The position numbers were made by a program, and so were the translations under genes. Positions 60,668-64,000 of a stretch of DNA of 64,000 bases are shown piece after piece; within the stretch, counting starts at the first letter, position 1; every line of letters starts with the position of its first letter. Under the pieces are notes generated by a model. That model made no database searches. It was not told where the DNA came from and was given only the letters and a program-made list of their open reading frames with translations. This DNA is from Myxococcota bacterium (lineage in GTDB: Bacteria > Myxococcota_A > UBA9160 > UBA4427), in assembly GCA_046583195.1 (NCBI GenBank), contig JAYGCV010000010.1:11068-75067 (forward strand), written 5' to 3'.

Positions 60668-61306
60668 ATGGCGGTGATCCCGTACGTAATTGAACAGAGC
60701 CCGCGTGGCGAGCGGGTCTTTGACATCTATTCGAGGCTGCTGCGCGACCGGGTGATTTTCCTCGGCACCGAAGTCGACGACAACGTCGCCAACGTCATCG
60801 TTGCCCAGCTGCTCTTTCTCGAAGCAGACGATCCGGACAAGGACATCTCGCTCTACATCAATTCGCCGGGCGGGTCCGTCACCGCTGGGCTTGCGGTGTA
60901 CGACACCATGCAGTTCGTGCGCCCCGAAATCGCCACCACCTGCATCGGGCAGGCTTCCCCGATGGGTGCCTGGCTGCTGGCGGCGGGCACCCCTGGGAAG
61001 CGTGTCGCCCTCGCGAATTCGCGCGTGTTGATCCACCAGCCGATGGGAGGCGCAAGGGGGCAGGCCACCGACATCCATATCCAGGCCCGGGAGATCCTGA
61101 AGTTGCGCGTGCGGATGAACGAGATCCTTGCACGTCATACAGGGCGCTCGGCCGAGCAGATCGCGCAGGATACCGAGCGGGACTACTATATGTCGGCAGA
61201 TGAGGCGCTCGAATACGGAGTGGTGGATCGCGTGGTGAGTCATCGAGACGCGGTGCGGACCGCGATTGGCCGTGATGGAAAGTTCTCGGAGGGGGGCCGG
61301 GAGTGA
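60668..61306 (+). CDS. clpP: ATP-dependent Clp protease proteolytic subunit, with an atypical nucleophile motif
   Basis: Motifs: [51 protein letters not shown] (His), ERDYYMSA (Asp). The Ser box reads [13 protein letters not shown] instead of GQAASMGAFLL (see findings). Confidence 0.9.
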   Translation: MAVIPYVIEQSPRGERVFDIYSRLLRDRVIFLGTEVDDNVANVIVAQLLFLEADDPDKDISLYINSPGGSVTAGLAVYDTMQFVRPEIATTCIGQASPMGAWLLAAGTPGKRVALANSRVLIHQPMGGARGQATDIHIQAREILKLRVRMNEILARHTGRSAEQIAQDTERDYYMSADEALEYGVVDRVVSHRDAVRTAIGRDGKFSEGGRE

Positions 61307-62550
61307 AGAAACGTGACGATGGGACCAATCTGTCGTGCTCCTTCTGCGGCAAGAGCCAGAAGGAAGTAAAGAAGCTCATCGCCGGGCCGACGGTCTACAT
61401 CTGCGACGAGTGCATCGAACTCTGCAATGACATCATTGCCGAGGAGTACGGCCACGAGGATCCCGCGCCGAAGCACTCGCGGGTGCCGAAGCCGAAAGAG
61501 ATCCACGCCGCCCTCGACGAGTACGTCATCGGGCAGGAGCAGGCGAAGAAGGTCCTCTCGGTGGCGGTCCACAACCACTACAAGAGGATCGACACCGGCG
61601 GGTCGGTCTCCGATGTCGAGCTCCAGAAGGCGAACATCCTGCTGCTCGGGCCGACGGGCTCGGGGAAGACGCTCCTCGCCCAGACCCTCGCCCGTATCCT
61701 CGACGTCCCCTTTACGATCGCCGACGCCACCACGCTGACCGAGGCAGGCTACGTCGGAGAAGACGTCGAGAACATCGTCCTCAATCTTCTCCAGGTGGCG
61801 AACTACGACGTCGAGCAAGCCCAGCGCGGGATCATCTACATCGACGAGATCGACAAGGTCGCGCGCAAGAGCGAGAACCCCTCGATCACCCGGGACGTGT
61901 CGGGGGAGGGCGTGCAGCAGGCCCTGCTCAAGATCATCGAGGGCACCACCGCCAGCGTCCCGCCCAAGGGGGGCCGCAAGCACCCGCAGCAGGAGTTCGT
62001 CCAGGTCGACACCTCGAACATCCTCTTCATCTGCGGGGGCGCCTTTGTTGGCCTCGATTCGATCATCGAGCGGCGAATCGGGGTGAAGGGCCTGGGCTTC
62101 GGTGCGGACATCCAAACCAAGGAAAATCGCGATGCCGAAGACGTCCTGAAGCGCGCGCAAGCCGAGGATCTTCTCGGTTTCGGTTTGATTCCGGAGTTCA
62201 TCGGACGCCTGCCCGTGGTGGCGACCCTCGGACAGCTCGACGAAGCCGCGCTCATCCGGATCCTCACCGAGCCCAAGAATGCGCTGGTCAAGCAGTACCA
62301 GAAGCTCTTCGAATTTGAGGGCGTAGGGCTGCGCTTCAGCGAAGGCGCACTGGCTGCGGTCGCGCGCAAAGCGCTGAAGCGAAAGTCCGGGGCCCGCGGC
62401 CTGCGCGCGATTCTCGAGAAGGCGATGCTCGACGTGATGTACGAACTTCCGTCGCGCGACAACGTAGAGGAGTGTGTGGTCGGTGTGGAGGTGATCGAGC
62501 AGGGAGCCGATCCCCTGCTGGTGATCAAGGCGGAAGCGGAGACGGCCTGA
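61303..62550 (+). CDS. clpX: ATP-dependent Clp protease ATP-binding subunit ClpX
   Basis: GTG 61303 (GTGA overlap with the clpP stop). Zinc-binding domain [30 protein letters not shown]; Walker A GPTGSGKT; IIYIDEIDK; sensor GARGLR. Confidence 0.97.
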   Translation: MKKRDDGTNLSCSFCGKSQKEVKKLIAGPTVYICDECIELCNDIIAEEYGHEDPAPKHSRVPKPKEIHAALDEYVIGQEQAKKVLSVAVHNHYKRIDTGGSVSDVELQKANILLLGPTGSGKTLLAQTLARILDVPFTIADATTLTEAGYVGEDVENIVLNLLQVANYDVEQAQRGIIYIDEIDKVARKSENPSITRDVSGEGVQQALLKIIEGTTASVPPKGGRKHPQQEFVQVDTSNILFICGGAFVGLDSIIERRIGVKGLGFGADIQTKENRDAEDVLKRAQAEDLLGFGLIPEFIGRLPVVATLGQLDEAALIRILTEPKNALVKQYQKLFEFEGVGLRFSEGALAAVARKALKRKSGARGLRAILEKAMLDVMYELPSRDNVEECVVGVEVIEQGADPLLVIKAEAETA

Positions 62551-62613
62551 GGTTGGTTCGGGGATCTTCCGGGGGGGCGGGTCCCATCATGAAGAGGCGA
62601 GGAGAGGCGCAGC

Positions 62614-64000
62614 ATGGCGATCATTCGGGACGAAGACGAGACAGGGGATGCCGACGCCGGCTCGACGAAGCCGGAACGCCGGCTCGTCCCGCTGATGCCG
62701 CTACGCGACATCGTCGTATTTCCGCACATGGTGGTGCCGCTCTTCGTGGGGAGGGCGAAGTCGATCCAGGCGCTCGAGGACGCGGTGGCGGGCAACCGCG
62801 AACTTCTCCTGGCGGCGCAGAAGCACGCGGGACAGGACGAGCCCGGGCCCGAAGACATCCATCGCATCGGGACACTCGGCTCGATCGTGCAGCTCCTGCG
62901 GCTCCCGGACGGCACCGTAAAGGTGCTGGTCGAGGGGAAGGTGCGTGCACGCATCGAGTCCTTCGAGGAGGAGTCCGCGTACTTCTCCTGCGAAATCAAG
63001 GAACTCGCCGACCCCAGCGAGATCAGCGTCGAGTCCGAGGCCCTGGTGAGGACCGTCCACAGCGCCTTTGAAGGCTACGTGAAGCTCAACAAGAAGGTGC
63101 CCCAGGAATTGCTCAACTCGGTTTCGGCGATCCTCGAGCCCGGGCGCCTCGCCGACACGATCGTTGCGCATCTGAACCTGAAGCTCGAGGAGCGGCAGCA
63201 GGTGCTCGAGGCCAGTGATCCGCACCGCCGGCTCGAAAACGTCTACGCCCGCATGCAGGCAGAAGTCGAAGTCCTCGAGGTCGAGCGAAAGATCCGGGGC
63301 CGCGTCAAGAAGCAGATGGAGCGCTCCCAGAAGGAGTACTACCTGAACGAGCAGATGCGGGCGATCCAGAAGGAGCTCGGCGATCGCGACGACGCGAAGA
63401 ACGAGATGGCCGAACTCGAGGAGCAGCTCGCGGCGAAATCCATGCCCGACGACGCACGCGAACGCGCCGAGAAGGAGATCCGCAAGCTCAAGATGATGTC
63501 GCCCATGAGCGCCGAAGCGACGGTCATTCGCAACTACATCGACTGGGTGATCGCGCTGCCATGGGACGAGTGTCGCGAGGAGGAGAAAGACATCGGGCGC
63601 GCCGAGCAGGTCCTTAACGAAGACCACTACGGGCTGGAAAAGCCCAAGGACCGGATTCTCGAGTACCTCGCGGTTCAGACCCTGGTCGAGAAGATGCGCG
63701 GTCCGATTCTCTGCTTCGTGGGCCCGCCGGGCGTCGGCAAGACCTCCCTGGGGAAGTCGATCGCCCGGGCGACCGACCGCGACTTCGTGCGGGTGAGCCT
63801 CGGCGGCGTGCGGGACGAGGCCGAAATTCGCGGTCACCGCCGTACCTACATCGGCGCCCTCCCCGGAAAAATCCTGCAGTCGCTGAAGAAGGCGGGGTCG
63901 AGCAACCCGGTCTTCGTGCTCGACGAAGTCGACAAGATGTCGATGGACTTTCGGGGGGATCCCTCGGCGGCATTGCTCGAGGTCCTCGATCCCGAGCAGA
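62614..64000 (+). CDS. lon: Lon protease (N-terminal ~460 codons; 3' end beyond the window)
   Basis: It is not in the ORF track because it is open-ended. ATG 62614 follows GAGGAGAG. Motifs: [23 protein letters not shown] (LON N-domain), [16 protein letters not shown], Walker [19 protein letters not shown] (Walker B). Confidence 0.95.
   Translation, partial: MAIIRDEDETGDADAGSTKPERRLVPLMPLRDIVVFPHMVVPLFVGRAKSIQALEDAVAGNRELLLAAQKHAGQDEPGPEDIHRIGTLGSIVQLLRLPDGTVKVLVEGKVRARIESFEEESAYFSCEIKELADPSEISVESEALVRTVHSAFEGYVKLNKKVPQELLNSVSAILEPGRLADTIVAHLNLKLEERQQVLEASDPHRRLENVYARMQAEVEVLEVERKIRGRVKKQMERSQKEYYLNEQMRAIQKELGDRDDAKNEMAELEEQLAAKSMPDDARERAEKEIRKLKMMSPMSAEATVIRNYIDWVIALPWDECREEEKDIGRAEQVLNEDHYGLEKPKDRILEYLAVQTLVEKMRGPILCFVGPPGVGKTSLGKSIARATDRDFVRVSLGGVRDEAEIRGHRRTYIGALPGKILQSLKKAGSSNPVFVLDEVDKMSMDFRGDPSAALLEVLDPEQ

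Noticed and set aside
60495-60677. Track ORF 60495..60677 (+) in the tig-clpP spacer as a small gene.
   Set aside because: It runs into the clpP start in another frame, has no SD and encodes R/G/C-rich sequence. The region more likely holds the clpP promoter and leader.
1-64000. CRISPR arrays, transposases/IS ends, prophage or toxin-antitoxin/defence gene sets.
   Set aside because: I noticed no spaced direct repeats. No ORF has transposase, integrase, nuclease-helicase or other defence-type motifs. Every sizeable ORF in a credible frame is accounted for by housekeeping or envelope functions.

Overview
This is a GC-rich bacterial chromosomal window. Third codon positions are strongly G/C, so the six-frame track contains many long spurious antisense or off-frame ORFs. 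I chose reading frames by recognisable protein motifs, start-site context and operon logic. No search or computation was run, and I recognise about 50 genes.

Gene order, left to right:
- SPOR-domain tail, rmlD, lepA, lepB
- a pyrR-pyrB-pyrC-carA-carB operon
- recG
- an ~11 kb envelope cluster of three GT-C-type membrane glycosyltransferases interleaved with four sulfatase-fold lipoproteins
- a TPP enzyme, an H+-pyrophosphatase and an APC permease
- aminotransferase-hom-thrC-ribE
- a ~950 aa Nma111-like double protease/PDZ protein
- mgtE, a KH-domain protein and an acyl-CoA synthetase
- a 30-codon bS22-like micro-ORF that is missing from the ORF track
- a Lys/Ala-repeat histone-H1-like protein, rpoZ and pilT
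- a LapG-like (C93) lipoprotein, a cell-wall amidase, rph-rdgB, nhaC, a histidine phosphatase and cstA
- murJ coupled to a fused 5-oxoprolinase
- tRNA-Lys(CUU), an F420/LLM oxidoreductase and tRNA-Leu(UAG)
- tig-clpP-clpX-lon, with lon truncated by the window end

I found no CRISPR array, transposase, integrase or recognisable defence system.

The best candidate for something undescribed is the alternating, translationally coupled GT-C / sulfatase-fold array at 13.6-24.7 kb. All four sulfatase-fold paralogs carry T-x-P-x-(H/T) where true sulfatases have C/S-x-P-x-R. Secondary points are a ClpP whose catalytic Ser position is Pro (GQASPMG instead of GQAASMG), the hidden bS22-like ORF, the T-depleted KKAT-repeat gene with a long leader, and a PyrR-box-like hairpin over the pyrR ribosome-binding site.
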